Source: a bacterium (lineage in GTDB: Bacteria; Chloroflexota; Dormibacteria; Aeolococcales; Bog-877). From it: a DNA stretch of 64,000 nt. The stretch covers positions 2,769 through 66,768 of the forward strand of contig JAKAXE010000001.1 in assembly GCA_021816695.1 (NCBI GenBank). Direction: 5' to 3'. The position numbers and the translations under genes were made by a program. The notes beneath the pieces are model-generated. The model worked only from the letters and a program-made list of their open reading frames with translations. It searched no databases and was not told where the DNA came from. Below, piece after piece: positions 1 to 9,023 of this stretch (its first letter is position 1; each line of letters begins with the position of its first letter).

Positions 1-2379
1 ATGAGCGTGATCGTGGCCCGGGCCCTGCCCGACGTCCGGGATGGCCTCAAGCCGGTGCAGCGCCGGATCCTCTACGCCATGCAGGAGCAGGGGATGACCC
101 CGGGCGCCTCGCACCAGAAGTGTGCCGCCATCGTCGGCGAGGTGCTGAAGAACTACCACCCCCACGGCGACATCTCGGTCTACGACACCCTGGTCCGGCT
201 GGCCCAGCCCTGGGTGATGCGCTATCCCCTGGTCGATGGCCAGGGCAACTTCGGCTCCCCCGAGGGGGACCCGGCCGCCGCCTACCGGTACACGGAGGCG
301 CGGATGGCTCCCATCGCCGCCGAGATGGTGGCCGACATCGACAAGCAGACCGTGGACTTCGTCGACAACTACTCGGCCACCAAGCAGGAGCCCGCGGTCC
401 TGCCCTCCGCCCTGCCCAATCTCCTGGTCAACGGCGCGGCCGGGATCGCCGTGGGCATGGCGACCAGCATTCCTCCCCACAACCTCTCCGAGGTCTGCGA
501 CGGGCTGGTGCGGCTGATCGACAACCCCGAGGCCTCCACCGAGGAGCTGATGCGGCTCATCCCGGGACCCGACTTCCCCACCGGAGGCATCATCTACGGC
601 AAGGACCTCCCCCAGGTGTACGGCACCGGCCACGGCCGGGTGGTCCAGCGAGCCCGGGTCACCTTCGAGGAGTCCAAGAGCGGGCGGGAGCAGATCATCG
701 TCACCGAGCTCCCCTACCAGGTGAACCCCAGCCGGGTGCTCCAGACCATCGCCGAGCTGGTCAACGAGCGCAAGCTGGAGGGGATCGCCGACCTGCGCAA
801 CGAGACCGGGCGGCGGGAGGGCACCCGGCTGGTGATCGAGCTGAAGCGCGACGCCCGCCCCTACACCGTCCTGAACAACCTCTACAAGCACACCCAGCTG
901 CAGTCGTCGTTCACCTGCATCCTGCTGGCACTGGTGGATGGACGGCCCCAGGTGCTCTCGCTGCGCTCCCTCCTCCAGCACTACCTGGAGCACCGCCGGG
1001 AGGTGGTGGAGCGGCGCACCCAGCACGAGCTGGAGCGGGCGCGCGAGCGGGCCCACATCGTGGAGGGGCTGCGGATCTGCCTGCAGAACCTGGACGAGGT
1101 GATCCGCCTGATCCGCGCCGCCCCGGACGAGGCCACCGCCCAGCGGCAGATGGAACAGCGCTTCGGGCTGACCGACCGCCAGAGCAAGGCCGTGGTGGAC
1201 ATGCGCCTCGGCCGCCTGACCCGCCTCGAGCGGGAGCGGCTGGAGCAGGAGCACCGGGAGCTGATGGAGCGGATCGCCGAGCTGGAGGAGATCCTCTCCA
1301 GCCGGGCCAACCTGATGGCGGTGGTCCGCGCGGAGCTGCTCACCCTCCGCCGCAAGTACGGCGACGCCCGCCGGACCGAGATCAGCCACGGGGACATCGA
1401 GCTCAACGAGGAGGACCTCATCCCCCGCGAGCAGGTGGTGGTCACCCTCACCCGCCGGGGCTACATCAAGCGGACCCCGGCCACCGACTACCGCTCCCAG
1501 CGCCGCGGGGGCAAGGGCGTGGTGGGAGCCAAGCGGGTGGGGGACGAGGACTACGTGGAGTTCCTGCAGGTGGCCTCCACCCACTCCGACATGCTCTTCT
1601 TCACCAACCGCGGCCGGGTCTTCCGGCTGCGCACCCATGAGATCCCGGACGTGAGCCGCCAGGCCAAGGGGACGGCGGTGATCAACCTCCTGGAGATGGA
1701 CCAGGGGGAGCGGGTCACCTCCATGCTCTCGGTGGACGGCTACTCCGAGGAGACCTTCATGGTCATGGCCACCCTCCGGGGGCACATCAAGAAGACCCCG
1801 GCCGCGGCCTATGCGGCGGTGCGCCGCAACGGCCTGATCGCCATGAACCTCAGTGAGGGCGACGAGCTCAACTGGGTGGCCGTCAGCAACGGCAGCGACG
1901 AGATCCTGCTGGTGACCCGCCGGGGCAAGGCGCTGCGCTTCTCAGAGCGGCAGGTGCGGCCCATGGGGCGGGACACCCAGGGGGTGACCGGGGTGCGCCT
2001 CCAGGCCGGCGACCTGCTGGCCGGCATGGACCTGATCCGACCCGGAGGGCATGTGCTGGTGGTCACCGAGCGGGGTTACGGCAAGCTCACCCCGGTCGCC
2101 GACTACCCGGTCAAGAACCGGGCCATCCAGGGGGTGTACACCCTGGACCAGCACGCCATCTCCAAGGTGGGGGAGATCGTCGGGACCAGGATGGTGGAGG
2201 ACCTCTCCGAGGAGCTGATGCTGATCAGCACCAAGGGGCAGATCATCCGCATTCCCCTCGAGGGAATCAGGATCTCCGGCCGCCAGACCAGGGGGGTGAT
2301 CCTGATGCGGCTCGAGGACTCCGACCTGGTCGGCTCCATCGCCGGGGTGGCGCCGCCCGGCGACCTCGAGGAGGCGTAG
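1..2379 (+). CDS. gyrA: DNA gyrase subunit A, 5' end cut by the window edge
   Basis: 792-aa ORF with '[20 protein letters not shown]', 'YHPHGD', the active-site Tyr region '[10 protein letters not shown]', and C-terminal repeat blades. The usual ~30 N-terminal residues are missing, so the gene begins upstream of position 1. Confidence 0.97.
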   Translation: MSVIVARALPDVRDGLKPVQRRILYAMQEQGMTPGASHQKCAAIVGEVLKNYHPHGDISVYDTLVRLAQPWVMRYPLVDGQGNFGSPEGDPAAAYRYTEARMAPIAAEMVADIDKQTVDFVDNYSATKQEPAVLPSALPNLLVNGAAGIAVGMATSIPPHNLSEVCDGLVRLIDNPEASTEELMRLIPGPDFPTGGIIYGKDLPQVYGTGHGRVVQRARVTFEESKSGREQIIVTELPYQVNPSRVLQTIAELVNERKLEGIADLRNETGRREGTRLVIELKRDARPYTVLNNLYKHTQLQSSFTCILLALVDGRPQVLSLRSLLQHYLEHRREVVERRTQHELERARERAHIVEGLRICLQNLDEVIRLIRAAPDEATAQRQMEQRFGLTDRQSKAVVDMRLGRLTRLERERLEQEHRELMERIAELEEILSSRANLMAVVRAELLTLRRKYGDARRTEISHGDIELNEEDLIPREQVVVTLTRRGYIKRTPATDYRSQRRGGKGVVGAKRVGDEDYVEFLQVASTHSDMLFFTNRGRVFRLRTHEIPDVSRQAKGTAVINLLEMDQGERVTSMLSVDGYSEETFMVMATLRGHIKKTPAAAYAAVRRNGLIAMNLSEGDELNWVAVSNGSDEILLVTRRGKALRFSERQVRPMGRDTQGVTGVRLQAGDLLAGMDLIRPGGHVLVVTERGYGKLTPVADYPVKNRAIQGVYTLDQHAISKVGEIVGTRMVEDLSEELMLISTKGQIIRIPLEGIRISGRQTRGVILMRLEDSDLVGSIAGVAPPGDLEEA

Positions 2380-2416
2380 TCGGCGGCCGCCTCCGCCCCG
2401 CGGGGCTGAGCTGCCG

Positions 2417-3031
2417 GTGAGCCAGATACTCTCCCAGCTCACCCACCTCCCACCGCTCGGGGTGTACGCCTTCGTCCTCCTCTGGCTGGCCGGGGAGTCG
2501 GTCGGCCTGCCCCTCCCGGACGAGGCGGTGCTGCTGACTCTGGGCTTCCTGGCCCACCGCGGGTCGGTGTCCCTGGTCCCCCTCATCCTGTGTGCCACCC
2601 TGGGCTCGGCGATTGGGGCGGCGGTCTCCTACCAGATCGGCTATGCCCTGGGAAGGCCGGTGGTCATCAGGATCGCCGGCCGGGTCGGGATCTCAGCGGA
2701 GCGTCTCGACCACGCGGCCATCTGGGTCCGGCGCCGGGGCGGGATCGGGGTCTTCCTCACCCGGGTGATCCCCTTCGCCCGCAACCTCGCCTCCTATGCC
2801 GCCGGGATCGCGGCTATACCTCCCCGAGTCTTCTACCCTGCCATGCTTCTGGGAGCCCTGGTGTGGTGCACCACGGTGACCTCGGTGGGGGACGCGCTGG
2901 GGAGCCACTACCAGGCGATCCTCCACCTGGGCGGACGCGGGCTCCTGATCGCCGGTGGTCTGGTCCTGGTCGGCCTCCTCGCCTACCTGGGATGGGTCGT
3001 AGCGCGCCGGCGCCGCGCCCCCGGCGGCTGA
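2417..3031 (+). CDS. DedA/VTT-domain family inner-membrane protein
   Basis: 204 aa, several TM segments. The N-terminal 'ESVGLPLPDEAVLLTLGFLA' and 'FLTRVIPFARNLASYAAG' are typical of DedA proteins. GTG start. Confidence 0.8.
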   Translation: MSQILSQLTHLPPLGVYAFVLLWLAGESVGLPLPDEAVLLTLGFLAHRGSVSLVPLILCATLGSAIGAAVSYQIGYALGRPVVIRIAGRVGISAERLDHAAIWVRRRGGIGVFLTRVIPFARNLASYAAGIAAIPPRVFYPAMLLGALVWCTTVTSVGDALGSHYQAILHLGGRGLLIAGGLVLVGLLAYLGWVVARRRRAPGG

Positions 3032-3041
3032 GGGCTCGCGC

Positions 3042-3515
3042 TCAGTCCGGGCCCTCGCGGACGGCCACGGCCCGCATCTGAGCCTCCGCCTCCAGCTCCT
3101 CCCGGATCATCACCAGGCGGCAGTGGACCCGGTTGAGCAGCTCCTGGCCGGTGCGGTCGAGGGTGAACTCACCGAATTGGGCCGGGGCGCCCAGTCCGAC
3201 GACCACCAGGTCCGCCCCCCAGCGCCGGGCCTCGTCGACGATGGCCGGGCCAGCGTCCCGGGCCTGCAGCACCTCGGTCTCCACCTTGGTCCCCAGCTTG
3301 GCCGCCAGCTCCTCCATCCGCGCCAGCACCTCCTCGGCCACAGCCAGCTCCTCACCGAGGCTCGCCGAGAGCGGCAGGTGCCGGGGCACCTCCAGGACGG
3401 TCAGCACTAGGACCTGGGCGCGGGCGGGACGGGCCAGCCGGCAGGCGGCGCGCAGGGCATCCTCATCCACCAGCACGCCCTGGACCGGCACCACGATGCG
3501 GCGCGGGCCCAGCAC
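3042..3515 (-). CDS. Universal stress protein (UspA family)
   Basis: 'IVVPVQG...', 'VLTVLEVP', 'IVDEARRWGADLVVVGLG' and 'VHCRLVMI' match the Usp fold pattern. The ORF track extends to 3710, but that extension is Arg/Pro-rich. I prefer the in-frame GTG at 3515, preceded by GGAG. The start is uncertain. Confidence 0.7.
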   Translation of the reverse strand: MLGPRRIVVPVQGVLVDEDALRAACRLARPARAQVLVLTVLEVPRHLPLSASLGEELAVAEEVLARMEELAAKLGTKVETEVLQARDAGPAIVDEARRWGADLVVVGLGAPAQFGEFTLDRTGQELLNRVHCRLVMIREELEAEAQMRAVAVREGPD

Positions 3516-3623
3516 CCCGGTGCGCTCCGACTCGGCGGCCGCCCCGGGGCGGAAGAATCTCGATGCCACGGCCCCCCATTGTGCCCGCTCGGGCCATCTG
3601 GCGGCGCGCTCAGGGGGCCGGGC

Positions 3624-3629
3624 TATACT
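3624..3629 (+). promoter_or_regulatory. Candidate -10 hexamer TATACT, 9 nt upstream of the GTG at 3639 (leaderless or near-leaderless transcript)
   Basis: A TANNNT hexamer is rare in this GC-rich DNA. There is no Shine-Dalgarno sequence between it and the start codon. Confidence 0.35.
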
Positions 3630-3638
3630 CAGCTCGTC

Positions 3639-4100
3639 GTGAAGGCGGTGATCGTGGGGTGTGGCCGGGTCGGGTCGGTGCTCGCCCGGGAGCTGGCGGC
3701 CGCGGGCCACGACGTCACGGTGGTGGACACCTCAAGGGTCTCCTTCGACCGCCTGGGCAGCCACTTTCCAGGCCGCATGGTCCTGGGCAACGGCATCGAT
3801 CAGCATGTGCTCGAGGAGGCCGGGGCCCCCGGGGCGGACTGGTTCGTCTCGGTCACCAACGGTGACAACCGCAACATCATGTCGGCCCAGATCGCCAAGG
3901 AGATCTTCAAGATCCCCCGCGTCATGACGCGGATCTACGACCCCATCCGGGAGGCCGTCTATCGGGAGATGGGGCTGTACACCTACTGCCCGACCCTGGT
4001 GGGCGCGGCGATCGCACGAACCTACTTCGAGCAGGGTCCGGAGGCGGCCGACCAGGCCCGCTCCGAGCTCACCGGATCGCTGGTGGCGAGCCTTGGCTGA
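3639..4100 (+). CDS. TrkA-N (RCK N-terminal) domain K+ transport regulatory protein
   Basis: 'KAVIVGCGRVGSVLARELAAAGHDVTVVD' is a Rossmann GxGxxG motif. It is the first of an adjacent TrkA pair, as with ceoB/ceoC-type pairs in actinobacteria. The track ORF starts at 3579; the GTG at 3639 fits the domain boundary. Confidence 0.8.
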   Translation: MKAVIVGCGRVGSVLARELAAAGHDVTVVDTSRVSFDRLGSHFPGRMVLGNGIDQHVLEEAGAPGADWFVSVTNGDNRNIMSAQIAKEIFKIPRVMTRIYDPIREAVYREMGLYTYCPTLVGAAIARTYFEQGPEAADQARSELTGSLVASLG

Positions 4101-4773
4101 CCGCCCCGCCTACGTGATCGTGATCGGCGGTGGCAAGGTGGGGTACTACCTGGCCCACCGTTTGCTGGGGGCGGGGTATGAGGTGGCCCTGATCGAGAAG
4201 GACCGCACCCGGGCGGCGTCGATCTCGGCGCAGCTGGGCAGCTGCGCCTGCCTGGTCGGCGACGGGGATGAGATGGCCTTCCTGGCCACCAGTGGGATCG
4301 AGCGCGCCGATGTGGTGGCCGCCGTGACCGGCGACGACGAGGACAACCTGGTGGCCTGCCAGCTGGCCAAGCGGCAGTTCAAGGTGCCGCACACCGTGGC
4401 CCGGGTGAACAACCCCAGCAACGTCCAGCTGTTTCAGCGGCTGGGGGTGGACGTGGCCGTCTCCGCCACCGAGTTGATCCTCAACGAGATCGACAGCGCC
4501 CTCGCCACCCACAGCGATGCCCAGCGGCTCCCGTTGGAGGGAACCCAGGCGGGGGTGGTGCGGTTATCCGTACCTCCGGGCGGGGATGGTCGGCGGGCCG
4601 CCGAGACGCCCGAGCTCCGCGAGGAGCGCCTGCTGCTTCTGCTGCGCCGGGGGAAGGAGATCCCCCTGGACTCGGTGTTGGAGGTGGGAGACCAGCTGGT
4701 CCTCTACACCAACAGGCCTCTTCCGGACCTCACCATCCAGCCACTGGCCGAGGCGGCGCGGGTCAGCGGCTGA
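4093..4773 (+). CDS. TrkA family protein (RCK N- plus C-terminal domains)
   Basis: 'VIVIGGGKVGYYLAHRLLGAGYEVALIEKD' plus a C-terminal TrkA-C-like segment. The TTG start overlaps the upstream stop; an alternative GTG lies at 4114. Confidence 0.85.
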   Translation: MADRPAYVIVIGGGKVGYYLAHRLLGAGYEVALIEKDRTRAASISAQLGSCACLVGDGDEMAFLATSGIERADVVAAVTGDDEDNLVACQLAKRQFKVPHTVARVNNPSNVQLFQRLGVDVAVSATELILNEIDSALATHSDAQRLPLEGTQAGVVRLSVPPGGDGRRAAETPELREERLLLLLRRGKEIPLDSVLEVGDQLVLYTNRPLPDLTIQPLAEAARVSG

Positions 4774-6178
4774 GGCCGCTCCGGCCGGCCTCGGCGAACA
4801 GCCGCCACATCTCCGCCACCGCCTCCATCCCCCGGAAGAGCTGGCCGAGCACCACCCGCTCGTTGGGAGCGTGGATCCGGTCGCCCGGAAGCCCGACCCC
4901 GAAGAGCACGCAGGGGAGCTGGAGCTCGCCGGCCAGGGTGGCCACGGGAGGGATGCTCCCGCCCTCCCGGATGTACGCCGGGGGCCGGCCCCAGACGGAC
5001 TCCACGGCCCGGGCTGCCAGCCGGACCGCGGGGTGGTCGGTGGGGGTGAGGACGAAGGGCCCGTCGTGGATCAGGCGGAAGTCCAGCTCCACACCCGGGG
5101 GCAGAGCGCCTCGGAGGTGCCGCTCCACCACCTCCGTGACCTGGGGGGCCAGCTGGTGGGGGACCAAGCGCGAGGATAGCTTGGCGCCGGCCCGGGCCGG
5201 GATCACGGTCTTGGCCCCTTCCCCCTGGTAGCCGCCCCAGGCGCCGCAGATCTCCAGGGTGGGCCGGACCGTGCGGCGCTCCATGGTGGTGTACCCGGCC
5301 TCGCCACCCTGGACCGCTCCCACGTCGGCGATAAAGCCGGCCTCGTCGAAGGGAACCGCGGCCAGCTGGGAGCGCTCCTCGGCGGTGAGCTCGGTGACCT
5401 GGTCGTAGAAGCCCACCACCGTGACCCGCCCCTGGCGGTCGTGGAGCCCGGCCAGGAGGTCGGCCAGGACCGCGAGCGGGTTGAGCACAGCCCCTCCGTA
5501 CACGCCCGAGTGCAGGTCGGTCTGGGCCGCCCGGACCTCGATCTCCCAATAGGCGAGCCCTCTGAGGCCAACGGTGAGCGCCGGCTGGTCCTCGGCCAGC
5601 ATCCCGGTGTCACTGACCACGCACACGTCCGCGGCCAGGTCACCGCGGTGCTCGGCCACCAGCTGGTCGAAGTGCTCCGAACCGTCCTCCTCCTCTCCCT
5701 CCACGATCATCTTGAGATTCAGGGGGAGGTGTCCGGCTGCGTCCAGGATGCCCCGGACAGCCTCGAGGTGCATGACCATGTGGCCCTTGTCGTCCGCGGT
5801 CCCCCGGCCCAGGAGCTGCCCATCCCGCTCCAGGGGCACGAAGGGAGCGGCATCCCACTCCTCCACCGGGTCGACCGGCTGGACGTCGTGGTGGCCGTAG
5901 ATCAGGACCGTGGGCAGGGCCGGGTCCTCGATCCGCTCGGCGAAGACCGCCGGGTGGCCCGCCGTCTCCCAGACCTCGGCCCGAGTCATGCCCGAGCTCA
6001 GGGCGTGATCCCGAAGGAACCGCGCCGACGCGGCCACATCCTGGGCGTGCTCCGGGTCGGTGCTGACAGAGGGTATCTCCACCCAGCGCGACAGCGTGTC
6101 CACCAGCGGCCGCTGGCGCCCGCTGAGCCGACCCTCCCGGCCCCCCTCCCCGCCGGTCACCGGCGGGCACCCCCGCAT
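4763..6178 (-). CDS. M20 family metallopeptidase (dipeptidase / ArgE-DapE-CPG2 superfamily)
   Basis: 471 aa with 'LIYGHHDVQPVDP' and 'GRGTADDKGHMVMHLEA', the metal-binding signatures of the M20 family. Confidence 0.85.
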   Translation of the reverse strand: MRGCPPVTGGEGGREGRLSGRQRPLVDTLSRWVEIPSVSTDPEHAQDVAASARFLRDHALSSGMTRAEVWETAGHPAVFAERIEDPALPTVLIYGHHDVQPVDPVEEWDAAPFVPLERDGQLLGRGTADDKGHMVMHLEAVRGILDAAGHLPLNLKMIVEGEEEDGSEHFDQLVAEHRGDLAADVCVVSDTGMLAEDQPALTVGLRGLAYWEIEVRAAQTDLHSGVYGGAVLNPLAVLADLLAGLHDRQGRVTVVGFYDQVTELTAEERSQLAAVPFDEAGFIADVGAVQGGEAGYTTMERRTVRPTLEICGAWGGYQGEGAKTVIPARAGAKLSSRLVPHQLAPQVTEVVERHLRGALPPGVELDFRLIHDGPFVLTPTDHPAVRLAARAVESVWGRPPAYIREGGSIPPVATLAGELQLPCVLFGVGLPGDRIHAPNERVVLGQLFRGMEAVAEMWRLFAEAGRSGLSR

Positions 6179-6209
6179 CCGCGGGGGTCCCGCACGGCGG
6201 CGCCGGTGA

Positions 6210-6359
6210 TCAGGCCGCCTTCCCGATCTTGAAGATCTTGGTCCCGCAGACGGGGCAGGTGCCCGTCACGGCCGGCTTGCCGTTCTTGAGGGTGGTGGGC
6301 TGGGGGTCTTTGATCTCGCGGCTGGTCTTGCACTTCATGCAGAAACCGGTGACGGCCAT
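6210..6359 (-). CDS. Small zinc-ribbon protein (DUF5679-like)
   Basis: 49 aa, 'MAVTGFCMKCKTSREIKDPQPTTLKNGKPAVTGTCPVCGTKIFKIGKAA', with CxxC...CxxC. ATG is preceded by GGAGGGG. The rest of the 353-aa track ORF upstream looks non-coding. Confidence 0.6.
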   Translation of the reverse strand: MAVTGFCMKCKTSREIKDPQPTTLKNGKPAVTGTCPVCGTKIFKIGKAA

Positions 6360-6410
6360 GTGGGTGCCCCTCCGCTGGACTGGATGCCCGAAGTCGGGCG
6401 AATGAGGCGC

Positions 6411-6416
6411 ATTGTA
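6411..6416 (-). promoter_or_regulatory. Candidate -10 hexamer TACAAT (minus strand) upstream of the DUF5679 gene
   Basis: Perfect TACAAT on the minus strand about 50 nt upstream of the ATG at 6359. The leader contains a GGAGGGG Shine-Dalgarno sequence. Confidence 0.3.
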
Positions 6417-6497
6417 TGGGTCGATCTCGCCGATCGCAAGTTGGGGCCCGGGTCGGGGGCGTGACCAGCCCCCCTGATCTGCTCTCCGAGGCCGCCG

Positions 6498-6503
6498 TAC
6501 AAT
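6498..6503 (+). promoter_or_regulatory. Candidate -10 hexamer TACAAT (plus strand) upstream of the DinB-family gene
   Basis: Perfect TACAAT about 85 nt upstream of the ATG at 6588, in a 228-bp divergent intergenic region. A GGAGGT-C-ACCTCC hairpin lies at about 6531-6543. Confidence 0.3.
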
Positions 6504-6587
6504 AGGCCCGGCCGCCCGCCGAGGGTCCAAGGAGGTCACCTCCGGCTCGGAGAGGGATGGCGAATCGCACCTTGGGGAGCTGAGCCG

Positions 6588-7082
6588 ATGGTCCGCAACT
6601 CTCTCCGCCCGGACGAGATCCTGGCGCTCCTGGCGGGCGCTCCGGCCGAGATCGCGGCCGAAACCCGGGGCTTGGCGCCGGGCGAGTCGGCGGCGGCGCC
6701 CGGGCTGGGGCAGTGGTCCCTGGTCCAAGTCCTGGCCCACCTTAGGTCCTGCGCCGATGTGTGGGGCGGGGCGATGGCGGCCATCGCCGAGGGCGAGCCA
6801 GGGCCGCTTCGTGCCGTCAATCCCCTCACCTGGGTGGAGCGAACCAACTATCGCACCCTGCCTTTCGACGTCTCGCTCCAGGCCTACACAGAGCAGCGGG
6901 GGGCTCTCCTCCCCTTGCTGCGCCGACTTCCGCCGGAGGAGTGGGAGAGGCCGGTTGTGGTCACCGGCGCGGGCCGCCCGCTCCAACGCTCGGCCCTCTT
7001 TTACGGCCGGTGGCTGGCCGGGCACGAGCGGTCCCACCGCCGCCAGATCGCCGCCACCGCAGCCGCGCTGCGGAGCGGCTAG
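6588..7082 (+). CDS. DinB-family (DinB_2-like) four-helix-bundle metalloprotein
   Basis: 164 aa. His triad pattern 'VLAHLRS...' and 'GHERSHRRQI', with size typical of DinB/YfiT-like proteins. Confidence 0.7.
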   Translation: MVRNSLRPDEILALLAGAPAEIAAETRGLAPGESAAAPGLGQWSLVQVLAHLRSCADVWGGAMAAIAEGEPGPLRAVNPLTWVERTNYRTLPFDVSLQAYTEQRGALLPLLRRLPPEEWERPVVVTGAGRPLQRSALFYGRWLAGHERSHRRQIAATAAALRSG

Positions 7083-7996
7083 CCGGCCGCGGCCTCCTTC
7101 CGCCTCAACCAGCCCAGGATGCCGGCGGCGTTGGACGCGACTCCGTTGAGAGCGTCCACCACCGGCTGGCGGCTGGGGTCCGGGGCGGGCCGGTAGGCCC
7201 GCTCCAGCAGCGCCCGCTCGATGTGGTCGAGGGAGTGCCCCTCGCTCCAAGCCTCCTCTGCCACCTGGCACCAGTGGCGCATCGTCTCCTCCGCCTCGGC
7301 GAGCACCTCCTGGGGATCGCCGGCCGGCCCGAAGTGGGTGAGCACCAACTGGGTCGGCTGGAGAGCGGCCAACTTGTGCAGGGAGGAGATGGCCAGCTCC
7401 AGATCGAAGTCGTCCGGAGGGGTCGCGGGCCGGAGAGGGCCGCCGCCGGGAACCTTCACCCCGGCGGCGTCACCCACCAGGAGCACTCCGCTGGAGTCAT
7501 CCAGGATCGCGATGTGGTGCTTGGCATGCCCTGGAGAGTGGATCAGGGTGAGCGAGCGGCCGGCCCCCAGGTCGACCTTCTCCATGTCGTCGGCGGCACG
7601 GAGGCGAGCCCCGTCGACTGCGGTCATCCGCCCGTACAGTGTCTCCAGGCGCGGCCCGTACACGTTGGCCGCCGCCGCCACCAGCCGGGTGGGGTCGGCC
7701 AGGTGGCGCACCCCCCGGGGGTGGCAGATCACCTCGGCCTTGGGGAAGTGACGGGCGACCTCCCCCACCGCCCCCCCGTGGTCCAGGTGAATGTGGGTGA
7801 GGATCACGTAGGCGAGCTGGTCGGGGCCGAGCCCGTGACGTGCCAGTGCGGCCAGGACTCGGGGAGCATCGAGCTGGGGCCCGGTCTCCACCAAGCATGG
7901 CCGCTCGGCGTCGATGAGGAAAACGGCGTTCAGCTCGGGCCACCCGCCGAGCTCGGTGTCGATCTCCAGTACCCCCGGCGCCAAAACGTGGTCCAT
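7079..7996 (-). CDS. MBL-fold metallo-hydrolase
   Basis: 'VILTHIHLDHGGAVG' is the HxHxDH motif. I chose the ATG at 7996 ('MDHVLAPGVLEID'); the track ORF extends to 8104. Confidence 0.8.
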   Translation of the reverse strand: MDHVLAPGVLEIDTELGGWPELNAVFLIDAERPCLVETGPQLDAPRVLAALARHGLGPDQLAYVILTHIHLDHGGAVGEVARHFPKAEVICHPRGVRHLADPTRLVAAAANVYGPRLETLYGRMTAVDGARLRAADDMEKVDLGAGRSLTLIHSPGHAKHHIAILDDSSGVLLVGDAAGVKVPGGGPLRPATPPDDFDLELAISSLHKLAALQPTQLVLTHFGPAGDPQEVLAEAEETMRHWCQVAEEAWSEGHSLDHIERALLERAYRPAPDPSRQPVVDALNGVASNAAGILGWLRRKEAAAG

Positions 7997-8119
7997 GGCA
8001 TCTCCCCCAACCGTCTCCGGCGGACTCTTAGGACTTCTCCCGAGTCTAGTGCTGACAGCCGGTGCCTCTAAGTTTTCGCCCAGCTTCAGCCCAGCCTGGC
8101 CCAAGCCCCTTGCGCCATC

Positions 8120-8489
8120 TTGGAGTTGATCGAAGTCGAGCCAGGAGAGGGGGCGTGTTCTTCACCGACCGGTTGCGCGAGTTGGGGCGTCGGCAGCGCG
8201 AAGCGGAGCTGGCGGCTCTCGGGCCTTCATGCGGCTAGTCGGGGCGCTGGGCCAGCCCTCTGCGGGCTCGCTCCTGCTGGACGGCAAGGACCTCTCTCAG
8301 CCCCGCCCCGGGCAGCCAGCCGATACCCTCACCCGGACCCTGGGCTCGGTCTTCCAGGACCACACCCCGATGCCCACCAACACCGCTGCGGAGAATGTCC
8401 CGGCGGCCATGGTTCCCGTCGGCGTGCCGTCGAGAGAGGCCCGTCGCCCATCCGGGGACAGCCAGAGCACCGGGAGTCAGGCGGGATGA
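8120..8489 (+). pseudogene. Decayed, frameshifted and 3'-truncated ABC-transporter ATP-binding gene
   Basis: One frame reads 'LELIEVEPGEG'. The +1 frame continues 'VARVGGSAARSGAGGSRAFMRLVGALGQPSAGSLLLDGKDLSQ...LGSVFQDHTPMPTNTAAENV...GVPSREAR'. That follows the ABC ATPase N-terminal half, but the Walker A Lys is lost (GAGGS), a frameshift is present, and there is no signature motif or Walker B. Confidence 0.5.
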
Positions 8490-9001
8490 GCGGGCTGGCC
8501 GCGCCGCCGCGTCCCCTCAGCGTCGTGGAGCCCGAAGCCCCCGCTGGCGCCCCGATCGCGAGGGCGTACCGGCTGCCCGCTGGGGTCCGGCGCATCTCGC
8601 GCTACCTCCTCACCTCTGGGGTCTCCACGGTGGTCTCCGAGGTCACCCTGATCGCCGTCCTGGCGATCCGGCTGCTCCCGGCCCCGGCGGCCGCGATGGC
8701 GGCCACCGCCACTGGCGGCATGGTCTCGTATGTCCTCAGCCGCTACTGGATATGGGCGGACGCTGACCGCCGCCGCGCCGGCCTGCAGCTGGCACTCTAC
8801 TGGGCCGTCACGGTGGCGGGGATGCTGCTGGCGGCGGCCGCCACCGACCTCGCCGCCGACCACGCCAGGGGTGCCCACCCGGCCCGGGTCGCGGAGGCGG
8901 CGGCGGCCTACCTGGCCACCTACGGACTGCTCTGGATAGCCAAGTTCCTCGTCTACCAGAGAGTCATCTTCCGCCCGGCCAACCTTCCTGATCCCGCCTG
9001 A
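8486..9001 (+). CDS. GtrA-family membrane protein
   Basis: 'RYLLTSGVSTVVSEVTLIAVL', 'GGMVSYVLSRYWIW' and a C-terminal 'LLWIAKFLVYQRVIF': a four-TM GtrA-like pattern. ATG at 8486. Confidence 0.7.
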   Translation: MSGLAAPPRPLSVVEPEAPAGAPIARAYRLPAGVRRISRYLLTSGVSTVVSEVTLIAVLAIRLLPAPAAAMAATATGGMVSYVLSRYWIWADADRRRAGLQLALYWAVTVAGMLLAAAATDLAADHARGAHPARVAEAAAAYLATYGLLWIAKFLVYQRVIFRPANLPDPA

Positions 9002-9010
9002 GCCCCTGCC

Positions 9011-9016
9011 TATACT
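9011..9016 (+). promoter_or_regulatory. Candidate -10 hexamer TATACT, 7 nt upstream of the GTG at 9024 (leaderless)
   Basis: TANNNT hexamer at leaderless spacing, with no Shine-Dalgarno sequence. Confidence 0.35.
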
Positions 9017-9023
9017 CGGCTCC

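Noticed and set aside
8229-8489. The 86-aa ORF as an intact small gene.
   Set aside because: It is the middle of an ABC ATPase domain with no Walker A lysine, signature motif or Walker B. It is better explained as part of a frameshifted, truncated pseudogene.
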